Assembly: GCA_963758525.1 (NCBI GenBank)
Contig: CAVWVQ010000003.1
Coordinates: 1,120,001-1,184,000 of the forward strand
Reading direction: 5' to 3'
From: an uncultured Phycisphaerales bacterium
Lineage (GTDB): Bacteria; Planctomycetota; Phycisphaerae; Tepidisphaerales; Tepidisphaeraceae
Length of the DNA: 64,000 nucleotides
Under the pieces are notes generated by a model. That model was not told where the DNA came from. It was given only the letters and a program-made list of their open reading frames with translations, and ran no database searches. Shown in pieces: positions 41,354-51,274 of the stretch. The position numbers and the translations under genes were made by a program. Each line of letters starts with the position of its first letter. Position 1 is the stretch's first letter.

Positions 41354-41940
41354 ATCGCCTTTGGGCACGACCTCCTTTGAAGCTGGCAGTTGCCCTTCTT
41401 GTCGCCACCACAATCGCTTTAGCTAACGTTCCCCGGAAGCTTGGTTATCCGCAACCTCAAAAGTGGAGGGCAGGAGATATCGTATTTCTTAACGGAAACT
41501 CCGCCCGCAGCAAGATCGTCCGCTTGCTTCAGGGTTACTGCTTAGATTATTCGCATGTCGGAATCGTTGTGATGGACAACGGCGTCCCTTTTGTCGTCAA
41601 TGCCGATCCTGCGCAGGGAAGGGTCGTAAAGCAGCGGTGGGATGCTGTCGTTGACCCGCGCCAAATCTCCGGTGGGGCGGTGTTCCGAGTGGTAAACGCG
41701 AATTTGTCGCAAATGAATAAGGCCTCGGAGGTGGCCGAAGGATATGCGAATGACGGCGTGCCCTTCGATTCTGAGTTTGATCTTCGCACCACAGATCGTC
41801 TTTTCTGTACAGAGATGGTGTGGCGGGCCTATCGGTGCGCTGGTATCGATCTTTGCAAAGATGCGGAGACGATGCATCCTCACCTGTTACCGGAAGACCT
41901 TCTTAAGTCCCATGAGCTTCAGCTTGTCCTACGGTTCTAG
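41350..41940 (+). CDS. YiiX/YaeF-like permuted papain (NlpC/P60) hydrolase
   Basis: GDIVF...YSHVGIV precedes LFCTEMVWRAY (His before Cys); GTGA overlap with the upstream stop. Confidence 0.8.
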   Translation: MNRLWARPPLKLAVALLVATTIALANVPRKLGYPQPQKWRAGDIVFLNGNSARSKIVRLLQGYCLDYSHVGIVVMDNGVPFVVNADPAQGRVVKQRWDAVVDPRQISGGAVFRVVNANLSQMNKASEVAEGYANDGVPFDSEFDLRTTDRLFCTEMVWRAYRCAGIDLCKDAETMHPHLLPEDLLKSHELQLVLRF

Positions 41941-42056
41941 ATCTCCGAAAAATTACAGATCTTGCGTCTGAGCGTTAACGGTGGCGTGAATACGTTATCA
42001 TTCTCTGCTCAAGACAGAAAAGTGAAGTCAGCCTGTGGGCGGCCCAGGAGGAGAGC

Positions 42057-43786
42057 GTGAGTCATATTCGAGGTTTCTGCATCGTCGCATCGTTTTCGAT
42101 GATCTTCGTATTTGCGCAGGGGTGTGCGACAGTTGGCACGACCGATGTCGGCAACTTCGGCGCGAAACCGAACACACTCGAAGACTCCACGCTCGCCGTG
42201 CGCGACGCGCTCGATGCCGTTCGCAAAAACTCGGCAACGAAGCTGGTCTTCCCTCCCGGCCGATACGACTTCTGGCCCGACCGTGCCGACGAGCAGTATG
42301 AATTCATCAGCAACAACGACGACGGCCTGAAACGCATCACGTTCCCGCTGTATGGATTCCAGAACCTCGAGATCGACGGGCAGGGCGCGCAATTTGTTTT
42401 CCACGACTCGGTCAGCCCGTTTGTCGTCGATCATTGCAAGGGCATCACGCTGCGCAATTTCTCCGTCGATTGGAAACGGCCGTTTCACAGCGAGGGGACG
42501 GTTCTGGCCGTTGGAACCGACACGATCGATCTGGCGATCTCCGAAGAGTTTCCCTACAAATTCCGCTCCGGCCTGCTCGTCTTCACCAACGAGCGCGGCG
42601 AAGATCTTCCATACAGCGGCCTGCTCGAATTCGATCCGAAAAAACGCGAGACCGCCTTTCAAGTAGTCGACTACTGGACCGAGCCAGGCGGTTTGAAAGC
42701 CGAGGAAATCGGCCCGCGCCAGGTCCGGGTTCATGTGCCGAATATTAAAGCCACGCCGGGCAATGTCATCGTGTTTGGCTATGCAAACCGCACGAATCCG
42801 GCCATCGTTCTCTCCGACAGGCGCAGACGGTCATCGCAGATGTGAGTCTCTATCACGCCGGCGGCATGGGCGTCATCGCGCAGCGCTGCGGGGACGTGGG
42901 GCTCTATCGCGACCGCATCACCACGCCGCCAGGAAGCACGCGCGTGCTCAGCCTCACCGCCGACGCGACGCACTTCTCCAACTGCACCGGCAAGATCACG
43001 ATGAGCTATTGCTTCTTCGAGAACATGGACGACGATCACACGAACATTCACGGCATCTACTTGCAGGTCCGCCGTCAGCTCGGCCCCGATTCGCTCGAAG
43101 TCAAACTCGTGCATCCGCAGCAGGCGGGATTCGACTACCTCGTGCCTGGAATGCCCGTCGAACTGGTGCGCGGGCCGAGCATGGTGACCTACGGGAACGC
43201 CATCGTGAAGTCCGTCGATCGGCTCAACAAGGAATACTCGCACGTCACGTTCGAAGTGCCCCTGCCAAAGGACGTGGTGACCGGCGATGTGATCGCGAGC
43301 ACCGCGGGCTATCCGGATGTCGACATCAATCACTGCACGTTTCGCGGCAACCGCGCGCGGGGACTGCTCATCGGCTCGCGCGGGAAAGTCGTGATCGAGA
43401 ACAACCTGTTTCACAACGCCGGCGCAGCGATTTTGTTCGAAGGGGACGGCCGCTTCTGGTTTGAGCAGGCCGGCATGCGCGATTGTGTCATCCGCTACAA
43501 TCGCTTTGAAGACTGCAATTACGGCACATGGGGAAATGCCGCCATTCAGGTCGGCGCCAACATCGCGGCGACCGAGCGCGCGGGCAGCCGGTACAACAAA
43601 AACATTCTGATCGAAGACAACACGTTCTTCGTCTTCGATCCGCGCATTCTCCACGCCTACAGCGTTGACGGCCTCACGTTCCGCAACAACCGGATCGCGC
43701 CGTCCAACGACTACCCCGCGCAGAACGAGGACGCCAAGGCGTTTGACGTGACCGACAGCGATAATGTCTGGATCGATCAGAAATAG
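42057..43786 (+). CDS. GH110-type alpha-galactosidase (beta-helix), apparent frameshift ~42820
   Basis: FPPGRYDFWP, SNND, YHAGGMG, ADATHF, MDDDHTNIHG, NRARGLL, WFEQAG. Confidence 0.8.
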
Positions 43787-43807
43787 CGCTTATCGCAGGA
43801 CCTTTAC

Positions 43808-44220
43808 CGTGGCACGGGCGTCCCGCCCGTGTTAGCGACGCAAGAGAAATAGAACCTCGGATATCGAGGGCTTTCTTAAGGTCCGCGCAGCTCGCATGGG
43901 CGGGACGCCCATGCCACGGGGAGAAGTCGTCGCGCGCTTATGATCGCCAGCCCGCTGTAGAATAAACGCGTAGGGCGGGATTCATCCCGCCGTTCTCTTT
44001 TCCTATAAGTCGAGATGACGCACGGAACGTATTGCGAGAGACAAATCCCGCCCGACGCGATTGCTCTGCGCCTGGCAACGTTCCCCGTGGCATGGGCGTC
44101 CCGCCCATGTCGGTTGCGCCGAGCGTAAGAAAGCCCTCGATAGCGCATGTTCTATTTCTCCCACGTTGCTAACCCAAATTCCGCTAACACGGGCGGGACG
44201 CGCGGGTCGCCCGTGCCACA
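43808..44220. repeat. Nested ~410-bp palindromic REP cluster
   Basis: ~43831-43922 and ~44082-44172 are inverted copies; a GTAG-type REP lies in the centre (43970). Confidence 0.8.
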
Positions 44221-45238
44221 CGTGCCGCTGGGAGAAGTCGTCGCGCCTTGACGATCGCGAACGCGAGGCCGCTGTAGAAGAAATAGAACCAATGCCAGGG
44301 GAGGATCTGAACCGTGAACCATGGGCCGCGCTTGCGGAGGAAAAAGCGATAGAAGTGCTGATTGATCACCAGGAGCGCAAGCGTGCATGCCGCGGCGAGC
44401 ATCAGCGTTTGGTGGAACCATGGAGCCGCGGCCAGCGACAGCGTCAGCAGATACACGCAGACGACGCTGAGCCGGCTGGCTGAGTTGATGTTGAGATCGT
44501 TGGCGAGATTTTTCTGGCGGAGGATCAACTCCGACCAGGGAAGCGCTCGCCGGAAAAAATCAGTTTTCACAAGCGAGACGGCGGTCCATCGCTTGAGATG
44601 CTTGACTTGCAGATCCTTGCGAAGGCGAATGCGGTGCCCGGCCGCCTTGAGGCGGTATCCCAACTCGATGTCTTCGATGGAAGGCTCGGCATAGCTGGCG
44701 TCGAAGCCGCCCATGGATTCAAACACTTCGCGCCGGATCGCGCCGCAGCCGGCCCAGAACGTGAACGCTTCCTCGCCGCCGGTCTGATGCACATAGTGGT
44801 GCTGGAGATTTTTGTACTGCGCCAGCAGTTGCGGACTGCCCGGCTCGTCATCGTAGGAGCCGATCAGCGCGGACAGACCCGGCGCTTCGTCGAATGTCTC
44901 CCGCACCTTCCCGATCGCATCCGCATGGGCGACGACATCCGCGTCAATGAAGTAGAGCAAATCGCCGCCGGCCCGTTGCGCGCCGATGTTGCGCGCCGCG
45001 CGGGGCCGCCCGAGTTGGCGCACACGATGACCCGATACCCCGCTTCCTCGGCCAAACGCCAGGCGCCGTCGGACTCGCCGTCGGCGACGATGATGATCTC
45101 ATCCGGCTGGGGCGACAGCCCGGCAATTCCGCCCAGACAGCGCGCAAACGCGTCGCCGCCGTTGTGGACCGGAACGATGACGGAGACCGTCAGCACGGCG
45201 GCAGCGGACGGGGATGGACGTGCAAGAGTCAGCGTCAC
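44184..45238 (-). CDS. GT2 glycosyltransferase with C-terminal TM segments (apparent frameshift ~45005)
   Basis: VSVIVPVHNG..VADG..NSGGPA joins AARNIGA..YFIDAD..GGFD..SIEDIELGYRL. Confidence 0.85.
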
Positions 45239-46107
45239 GGGGAAGCCTTGCTGGCGCAGACCACCACGAAATATCCGGTGACCGCCCGCGTGGGGTATTG
45301 GGCCAGGCGTTCGAATCGCATCAGGAACCGGAGCAGCCGTTCCTGATTTTTCGGCTGGCAGCCGCGCATCAGGCGGGTGGCGAGCACCGCGAGAAATCGC
45401 GGGCAGTGCAGCGTGTAGGTCACTTCGTTGACGGTCAGTCCCGCCGCTTCGACTTGCCGGCGGAGCGCGCCGGCGCCCATCGTCGCGCCCACGTAGTACG
45501 GCACGATTCCCAGGCGATTGAGCCAGCCGAATGGCAGCGCGTTGCGGATCCCGACCACGGGGTTGGTTGGATTATCGAGCATCACAATCAATCGCCCGCC
45601 AGGCCGCAGCACCCGCGCGAGCTCCCGGATCGAGAGATGCAGCTCTTCAACATTCGTAAAATGATCGAGCGTCGAATTGGATACGATGCCGTCGAAGGAG
45701 TTCTCCGCGAACGGAAGCCGGCGCACGTCGGCGGCGGTTTGCACGAGCGTCGGATGGCGAGCGCCCGCCGCCCGCAATACCGCCGGCGAAACGTCCATAC
45801 CGACCACTGTCGCGGCCCGCTGCGAGAGAAACGGGGCCAGGCCGGCGGTGGACGATTCGTCGAACATGTCGGTCTTCAGAATCGTCGGCACTTTCGTCCG
45901 CGAGAGTCTTGCCGACAAAAACGCGATGTTGACCGCGTCGCTATGGCGGCGCCAAAGCGTGTCGCATCCGTCCGCCTGCCATTCCGCCGACGCCTCGTCC
46001 CAATAATTCGCGCTGCTTTCGAGCGCCCCGCCCGCTGCGCCCGAGACTCGTAGCGTGATGCCCACGTCTTTAAAGTCGGTTTGCCGCTGCCAAGCCTGAA
46101 CTTCCAT
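45235..46107 (-). CDS. Class I SAM-dependent methyltransferase
   Basis: GMDVS, ADVRRLPFAENSFDGIVSNSTLDHF, RVLRPGG. Confidence 0.85.
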   Translation of the reverse strand: MEVQAWQRQTDFKDVGITLRVSGAAGGALESSANYWDEASAEWQADGCDTLWRRHSDAVNIAFLSARLSRTKVPTILKTDMFDESSTAGLAPFLSQRAATVVGMDVSPAVLRAAGARHPTLVQTAADVRRLPFAENSFDGIVSNSTLDHFTNVEELHLSIRELARVLRPGGRLIVMLDNPTNPVVGIRNALPFGWLNRLGIVPYYVGATMGAGALRRQVEAAGLTVNEVTYTLHCPRFLAVLATRLMRGCQPKNQERLLRFLMRFERLAQYPTRAVTGYFVVVCASKASP

Positions 46108-46361
46108 CGCCGCGTACGACGAATTGGTTGCGTCGCACTAAGCCCGATAAATCGCCGTCACCCTCCAACGTTCTCCCCGAGTCCCAACAGTGGGCCCACC
46201 GAAACGGGAGTGCAGCCAGCGCTGACTTCCACGCTTCAAGTTCTCAAATCATTTCCACTTGTTTGCGTTGAGGCACCACGACTTCTGACCGATCCACAGT
46301 GGCAGGAATCATTGCGTGCCTGACGCATGCAGTTGTGGCAATAGTCATTTCGCGAGGAAGA

Positions 46362-48122
46362 ATGTCGAACGACGCGTTAGTCATTATCGGCGCCGGCCCC
46401 GCCGGGCTGACCGCGGCATATGAAGCAACCCGCTATGGGCGCTCGCCGGTCGTGCTGGAAAAATCCCGACTGGTCGGCGGCATCGCCCGCACGGAAACTT
46501 ACAAGGGCTTCCGTTTCGACATGGGCGGCCATCGCTTTTTCACCAAGTCTCCCGAAGTCGATCAGATGTGGCGCGAAGTCATGTCCACCGACATGCTCCG
46601 CCGGGACCGTCTGTCGCGCATCTTCTACAAGGACAAATTCTTCAGCTACCCGCTCAAGCCGCTGAACGCGCTGATGGGCCTTGGCATCTTCGAGAGCGTT
46701 CTGATTTTCGCCAGTTATCTCCGCTGGAAGCTCTTCCCCTGCAAAGTGGAAGATACCTTCGAGCAGTGGGTGACCAATCGCTTTGGCAAGCGGTTGTTCC
46801 TGACATTCTTCAAAACCTACACCGAAAAAGTCTGGGGCATCTCCTGCACTGAGCTGAAAGCGGAGTGGGCGGCGCAGCGCATCAAGGATCTGTCGCTGAA
46901 GACTGCGGTGCTCAGCATGTTCGTTCGACCCCAGAACACGATCAAGACTCTGATCGACAGCTTTGACTACCCGCGCCAGGGGCCGGGAATGCTGTGGGAA
47001 GCGGTGCGACGCGAGGTCGAGGTGCGCGGCGGCAAAATCCGCCACGACAGCGATGTGACCGCGATCCGCCGGACCGGCAACAGCATCGAATCGGTGGTCC
47101 TCAATACCAACGGCCGCAGCGAAATCATCCGCGGCGACCACTTCATCACGAGCATGCCGGTCACGGAATTCATCCGCAAGCTCGATCCCCCCGCCCCGGC
47201 CAACGTCCGGGAGGCGGCCAGCAAGCTGAAATATCGCGACTTCCTCACCGTCTGCGTCATTGTCGATAAAGCGGAGCTTTTCCCCGACAACTGGATCTAC
47301 ATCCACGATCCGTCCGTGCAGGTCGGACGGATTCAAAACTTCAAAAACTGGAGCCCGGAAATGGTTCCGGATCAGTCGAAGACGAGCCTGGGTCTTGAAT
47401 ATTTCTGCAACGAAGGGGATCAGCTCTGGACGATGTCGGATGCCGAATTGGTCGAACTCGCCCGCACCGAGTTGCAGAAAATCGGGCTCGCCCAGGGCGC
47501 CGACGTGATTGACGGATGCGTCTTCCGCGTTCCCAAATCATATCCGGTTTACGATTCGGATTATCAGACCTACCTCGCGGCGGTACGCGTCTTCATGGAC
47601 GGACTGGAGAATTGCCGCACCATCGGGCGCAACGGCCTGCACCGCTACAACAATCAGGATCACTCGATGCTGACCGGCATGTATGCGGTGCGCAATCTCC
47701 TCCTGGGCCATACGCATGAGCTGTGGAGCGTGAACGCCGACAAGGAATATCACGAGGAGCAGAGCCTGGCGCCGGCAATCGAAGAACGGCTCGCCGCGGT
47801 TTTCGCCCGGGTCGACAGCATGGCAATGGGCATTTCCGCCGGAATCATTTGTGCAGTCGGACTGTGGCTGGTGACGATGGTTCTCGTGCTCAAGGGCGGT
47901 CACAAGATCGGACCGAACCTGGCGCTGCTGGCGCAGTTTTTCCCCGGCTATTCCGTCACCCCGCTCGGAAGCCTGATCGGCCTGCTCTACGGGCTGTCCG
48001 TCGGATTCGTCGGTGGATATTCGCTGGCGGCGTTGCGAAACGTCGTCCTCTTCCTCCACTGGGCTCTGGTGCTGCGTCGCGCGGAGCATCGTTCACTCAA
48101 ACGGCTGCTTGAATATGTCTAA
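46362..48122 (+). CDS. FAD-dependent oxidoreductase (UGM-like) fused to a C-terminal membrane domain
   Basis: IIGAGPAGL, FDMGGHRFF, GRNGLHRYNNQDHSM; ~110-aa TM tail. Confidence 0.85.
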   Translation: MSNDALVIIGAGPAGLTAAYEATRYGRSPVVLEKSRLVGGIARTETYKGFRFDMGGHRFFTKSPEVDQMWREVMSTDMLRRDRLSRIFYKDKFFSYPLKPLNALMGLGIFESVLIFASYLRWKLFPCKVEDTFEQWVTNRFGKRLFLTFFKTYTEKVWGISCTELKAEWAAQRIKDLSLKTAVLSMFVRPQNTIKTLIDSFDYPRQGPGMLWEAVRREVEVRGGKIRHDSDVTAIRRTGNSIESVVLNTNGRSEIIRGDHFITSMPVTEFIRKLDPPAPANVREAASKLKYRDFLTVCVIVDKAELFPDNWIYIHDPSVQVGRIQNFKNWSPEMVPDQSKTSLGLEYFCNEGDQLWTMSDAELVELARTELQKIGLAQGADVIDGCVFRVPKSYPVYDSDYQTYLAAVRVFMDGLENCRTIGRNGLHRYNNQDHSMLTGMYAVRNLLLGHTHELWSVNADKEYHEEQSLAPAIEERLAAVFARVDSMAMGISAGIICAVGLWLVTMVLVLKGGHKIGPNLALLAQFFPGYSVTPLGSLIGLLYGLSVGFVGGYSLAALRNVVLFLHWALVLRRAEHRSLKRLLEYV

Positions 48123-48453
48123 TCCTTCAGCAATCAACCCGGCGCATCGGGAACGCGAAGACTGGGATCGGTTTGCCAGAACCCGCGTCATTCGCCTCAA
48201 CGCGGGAATCCTCGGCACCGTCTTCGGACTGCTGGGCGGACTTCTCATCTTCCTGATGACCAACGTCCTCATCCTCAAGGGGGGCCCGGTGGTCGGGCCT
48301 CATCTGGCACTGCTCGCGCAGGTCTTCATCGGATATCGCGTGACCTTCGTCGGAAGCCTCATCGGATTTGCCTACGCCGGGCTTTTTGGCTGGATGACGG
48401 GATACGTCGGCGCCACGCTGTATAACGTCGCGGTGAAAATCCGCTCGCGATAA
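48115..48453 (+). CDS. Small membrane protein paralogous to the C-terminal domain of the upstream oxidoreductase
   Basis: LKGGPVVGPHLALLAQVFIGYRVTFVGSLIG vs LKGGHKIGPNLALLAQFFPGYSVTPLGSLIG. Confidence 0.8.
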   Translation: MSNPSAINPAHREREDWDRFARTRVIRLNAGILGTVFGLLGGLLIFLMTNVLILKGGPVVGPHLALLAQVFIGYRVTFVGSLIGFAYAGLFGWMTGYVGATLYNVAVKIRSR

Positions 48454-48470
48454 TCCGGCGGGCACGCTCC

Positions 48471-49790
48471 ATGCAGATCTCGCAGGCGGCATTCGACGCG
48501 GCTGTTTCCACGGTCCCGCTTCCGCGCCCTTCACGGGCGCAACGCCGTCTCTCGCCCGTACGGCGCGACACCGCCATCATGCTCGCCAGCGGAGTGGTCG
48601 TCCGCATTTGCGGGCTGGTCTTCATGATGGTGCTCTCGCGCCATCTCTCCAGGCAGGACATCGGCGTCTTCTCGTTCTACGAGGCAATTGCCGACACGCT
48701 CACGCTCATTGCCGGGTTCAGCCTGGAGATGGTGATCCTCCGGCGAATCGCCGCCGGAACGCGCGAAGACGCCATGATGAACGTGGCGCCCCTGCTGGCG
48801 TTCCGCATCATGAGCGCGCCGGTCTATCTGCTCTCCATCACAATCGTCGCGCAATTCGTGAGCGGACCGCGCTGGCTCCTGCCGTGCGTCGGCTTTTACA
48901 CGCTGATGGAGAGCGCCTTTTTTTCCTTCGGGAGCTTCTTCATTGGAGTCAAGCGCATCGGACTCAAAGCCGCCATCGAGGCCGGCGCCGAGGTGGTCTT
49001 CACTTCGCTTTTTCTCGTGGCGATCTACCGATATCCCTCGATCAAGACGCTGATCGTGCTCAGCACCGCGCACAGCGCCCTACTGCTGGGAACCGGCATT
49101 TACCTCGCGCACCGCTTCCACGGCCCGCTGCACCTGCGCTTTGCGCCGGTCGAGATGCTCCGCGCAGGCGCGCCGTTCGTCTTCATGTCATTGCTTGGAC
49201 TCCTGCAGGGCAGGATGGAAACAATGCTCCTCGGCTTCCTCGCCAGCCTGTCGGCAACCGGCGCGTATGAACTCTCGCTGAAGCTCGTCGTCGCGGCGAG
49301 CTTCATTCCTCAATCGATCAATCTTGCCGTTTATCCTTATATTGCTGCCGACGGACTCACCGCGCTGAACCGCAGCCGGCTGCTGCGAGGCTTGCTCCTC
49401 CTCGCGGCCCTGGGAGTCGGATCGGCCGGCGTGCTCTTCTTCTTTTCCAATCCCGTCGCGCGCGTTCTCTTTGGGCCGATGGCAGGCGAAGTCGCCCCGG
49501 TGTTGCGCGCGATCGCTCCCGCCCTGCTGATGCGTTTCCTCGCATCGGGAATCGCCTCGGGGGTCATTGCCATGGAAGGCGAAAAAAGTGTTTTCCGCTC
49601 GCTGGTGGCTGGAACCATCGTCGGACTCGCGGCTGATTGCCTGCTCATCCCCCATTACAAAGCCTCCGGCGCCGCTATCGGCATGATGATTTCCGCCGCC
49701 TGTCAGTGCGTGGTGACCGGCGCCGCGCTGCTCTCGCTGGTTGCCAAAGCACGCGATACCGAGGGAGACCGCGAAGCGCGGATCGCGTAG
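48471..49790 (+). CDS. Oligosaccharide flippase (Wzx/MOP family)
   Basis: ~12 TM; LSRHL..DIGVFS, MLLGFLAS..GAY, LIPHYKASGAAIG. Confidence 0.8.
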   Translation: MQISQAAFDAAVSTVPLPRPSRAQRRLSPVRRDTAIMLASGVVVRICGLVFMMVLSRHLSRQDIGVFSFYEAIADTLTLIAGFSLEMVILRRIAAGTREDAMMNVAPLLAFRIMSAPVYLLSITIVAQFVSGPRWLLPCVGFYTLMESAFFSFGSFFIGVKRIGLKAAIEAGAEVVFTSLFLVAIYRYPSIKTLIVLSTAHSALLLGTGIYLAHRFHGPLHLRFAPVEMLRAGAPFVFMSLLGLLQGRMETMLLGFLASLSATGAYELSLKLVVAASFIPQSINLAVYPYIAADGLTALNRSRLLRGLLLLAALGVGSAGVLFFFSNPVARVLFGPMAGEVAPVLRAIAPALLMRFLASGIASGVIAMEGEKSVFRSLVAGTIVGLAADCLLIPHYKASGAAIGMMISAACQCVVTGAALLSLVAKARDTEGDREARIA

Positions 49791-50006
49791 GCCCCTGCCA
49801 AGTCATTTTTTTTGGAGGGGACGTACGCGAAATTCCAAGACGGCTTAATCACCTCGACATGCGAGGAGGCAAGAAAAAACTCCGCAAATTCGCACGCGTT
49901 TTTTTTGTGTCTTTTGTGTTTTTGTGGCAATCTCTCTTCGCCCCCCGCGCACGTCGATCGAGCGAGGCGCATTCTGTGCCGCACCCCGCAAGTTCTCTAT
50001 GGATTG

Positions 50007-50681
50007 TCATTCGCCATTTCGGTCGGGACGCGGTTCCGTTGTCATCGCCACGTCCGGATCGAACCGGTACGCGAAATATTCGATGTCGTCCTTGCAGGTC
50101 TGTTCGACCAGCTCGCGCCCGCGCTGCGTGTAATAGGTGCGATAATCCTTGTGCTTCGAGCGATTGAGCCTTGGCAGATTCACATTGATCCCCACCTTGC
50201 GGCACACGTGCTGGAAATCGGCGTCGAGGTTCTCAAACCGGCCAATGAAGTCGATGATCTGCTTCCCCTCCTTGTCCGCCACGAAACATTTCTGCGACCA
50301 GGTCGGATGATCGACCCGGTAGCGGAGAAATTCCTCGAAGCCGCCGAGCTTGCTGATCGCGGCATGCTCGTGATGCGCTCGCCAGCGCATGATGTAGTGA
50401 TACAACGACACCTGCAAATCCCACGGATTGCGCACGAACGCAAACTTGAAGTAGCTGTCGAAAATCTCCGACGGAAGCTTCGCGCGAATCTCGTCCGCAT
50501 GCGCGTGCGACGACAATCCCGGGTACGGGTCCGGCGGCGGGAATCCGAGCCGGCGGCGGATGAAGTTCCACAGCAGATACTCCCGCCGATCGACATATGG
50601 ATTGAGCGCCGATCGCACACTCGTGCCGGCGGTCTTGAAGATATGAACGAAGATAAACCTATGCGATGTCGAGATTTGCAC
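50007..50681 (-). CDS. Sulfotransferase family 2 protein
   Basis: FIFVHIFKTAGTS (5'-PSB), FAFVRNPWD..VSLY (3'-PB), FIGRFENL. Confidence 0.88.
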   Translation of the reverse strand: MQISTSHRFIFVHIFKTAGTSVRSALNPYVDRREYLLWNFIRRRLGFPPPDPYPGLSSHAHADEIRAKLPSEIFDSYFKFAFVRNPWDLQVSLYHYIMRWRAHHEHAAISKLGGFEEFLRYRVDHPTWSQKCFVADKEGKQIIDFIGRFENLDADFQHVCRKVGINVNLPRLNRSKHKDYRTYYTQRGRELVEQTCKDDIEYFAYRFDPDVAMTTEPRPDRNGE

Positions 50682-50850
50682 GCGATGCCTTGGACACCAT
50701 CTTCCTGCGCCCGATCGTCGATCCTTCTGCCGATCCAGCGTATCGGGCGGGCGCGCCGGCTACAAGAGACCAGCGACGACGCGACAGCGCGTACGCACGG
50801 ACCCGCGCAATTTCCGCCAACAGATCGTCAGCGCTGGCAATGGCTCCTTC

Positions 50851-51015
50851 CCCCTCCCCTGGTACTGCTCCGAACAGAGATGTGGGAGATCAAGAAATTT
50901 CCAAGGCCCAATGGCCAACAAAATCCCAAATCGCAATGATCAACGGGAGAACCAGCCTTGGGTTTTGGACCTTGGGGCTTTGTTGGCCATTGGGCCTTGG
51001 ACATTTCTGCTCTGA
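50851..51015 (-). repeat. ~165-bp dispersed palindromic element, copy B (inverted relative to 9347-9511)
   Basis: Reverse complement aligns without gaps to copy A with few mismatches. Confidence 0.85.
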
Positions 51016-51274
51016 TGGGGGCTTGTTCCCCTGGTCCGGAAAGTCGCCGAGCCCATGTATCCGCAGATGTTATCCGCGTTGCAAATCACGCCGATGTCAC
51101 GATTGTCATGCGTTCTGGAACCGCAACATCGGAGATTGAGTCACGACGCGGAGCGGCGAAAAACGATCTACTCGCCGGCATTCCAAAGCCCGGCGCGCCG
51201 TTTCCGGAATTAGTCGAAGCGTTGCGCCCTCAATCCCCGCGCCCATCCCGCGCAGACGCCCCGGCCGATTCATC

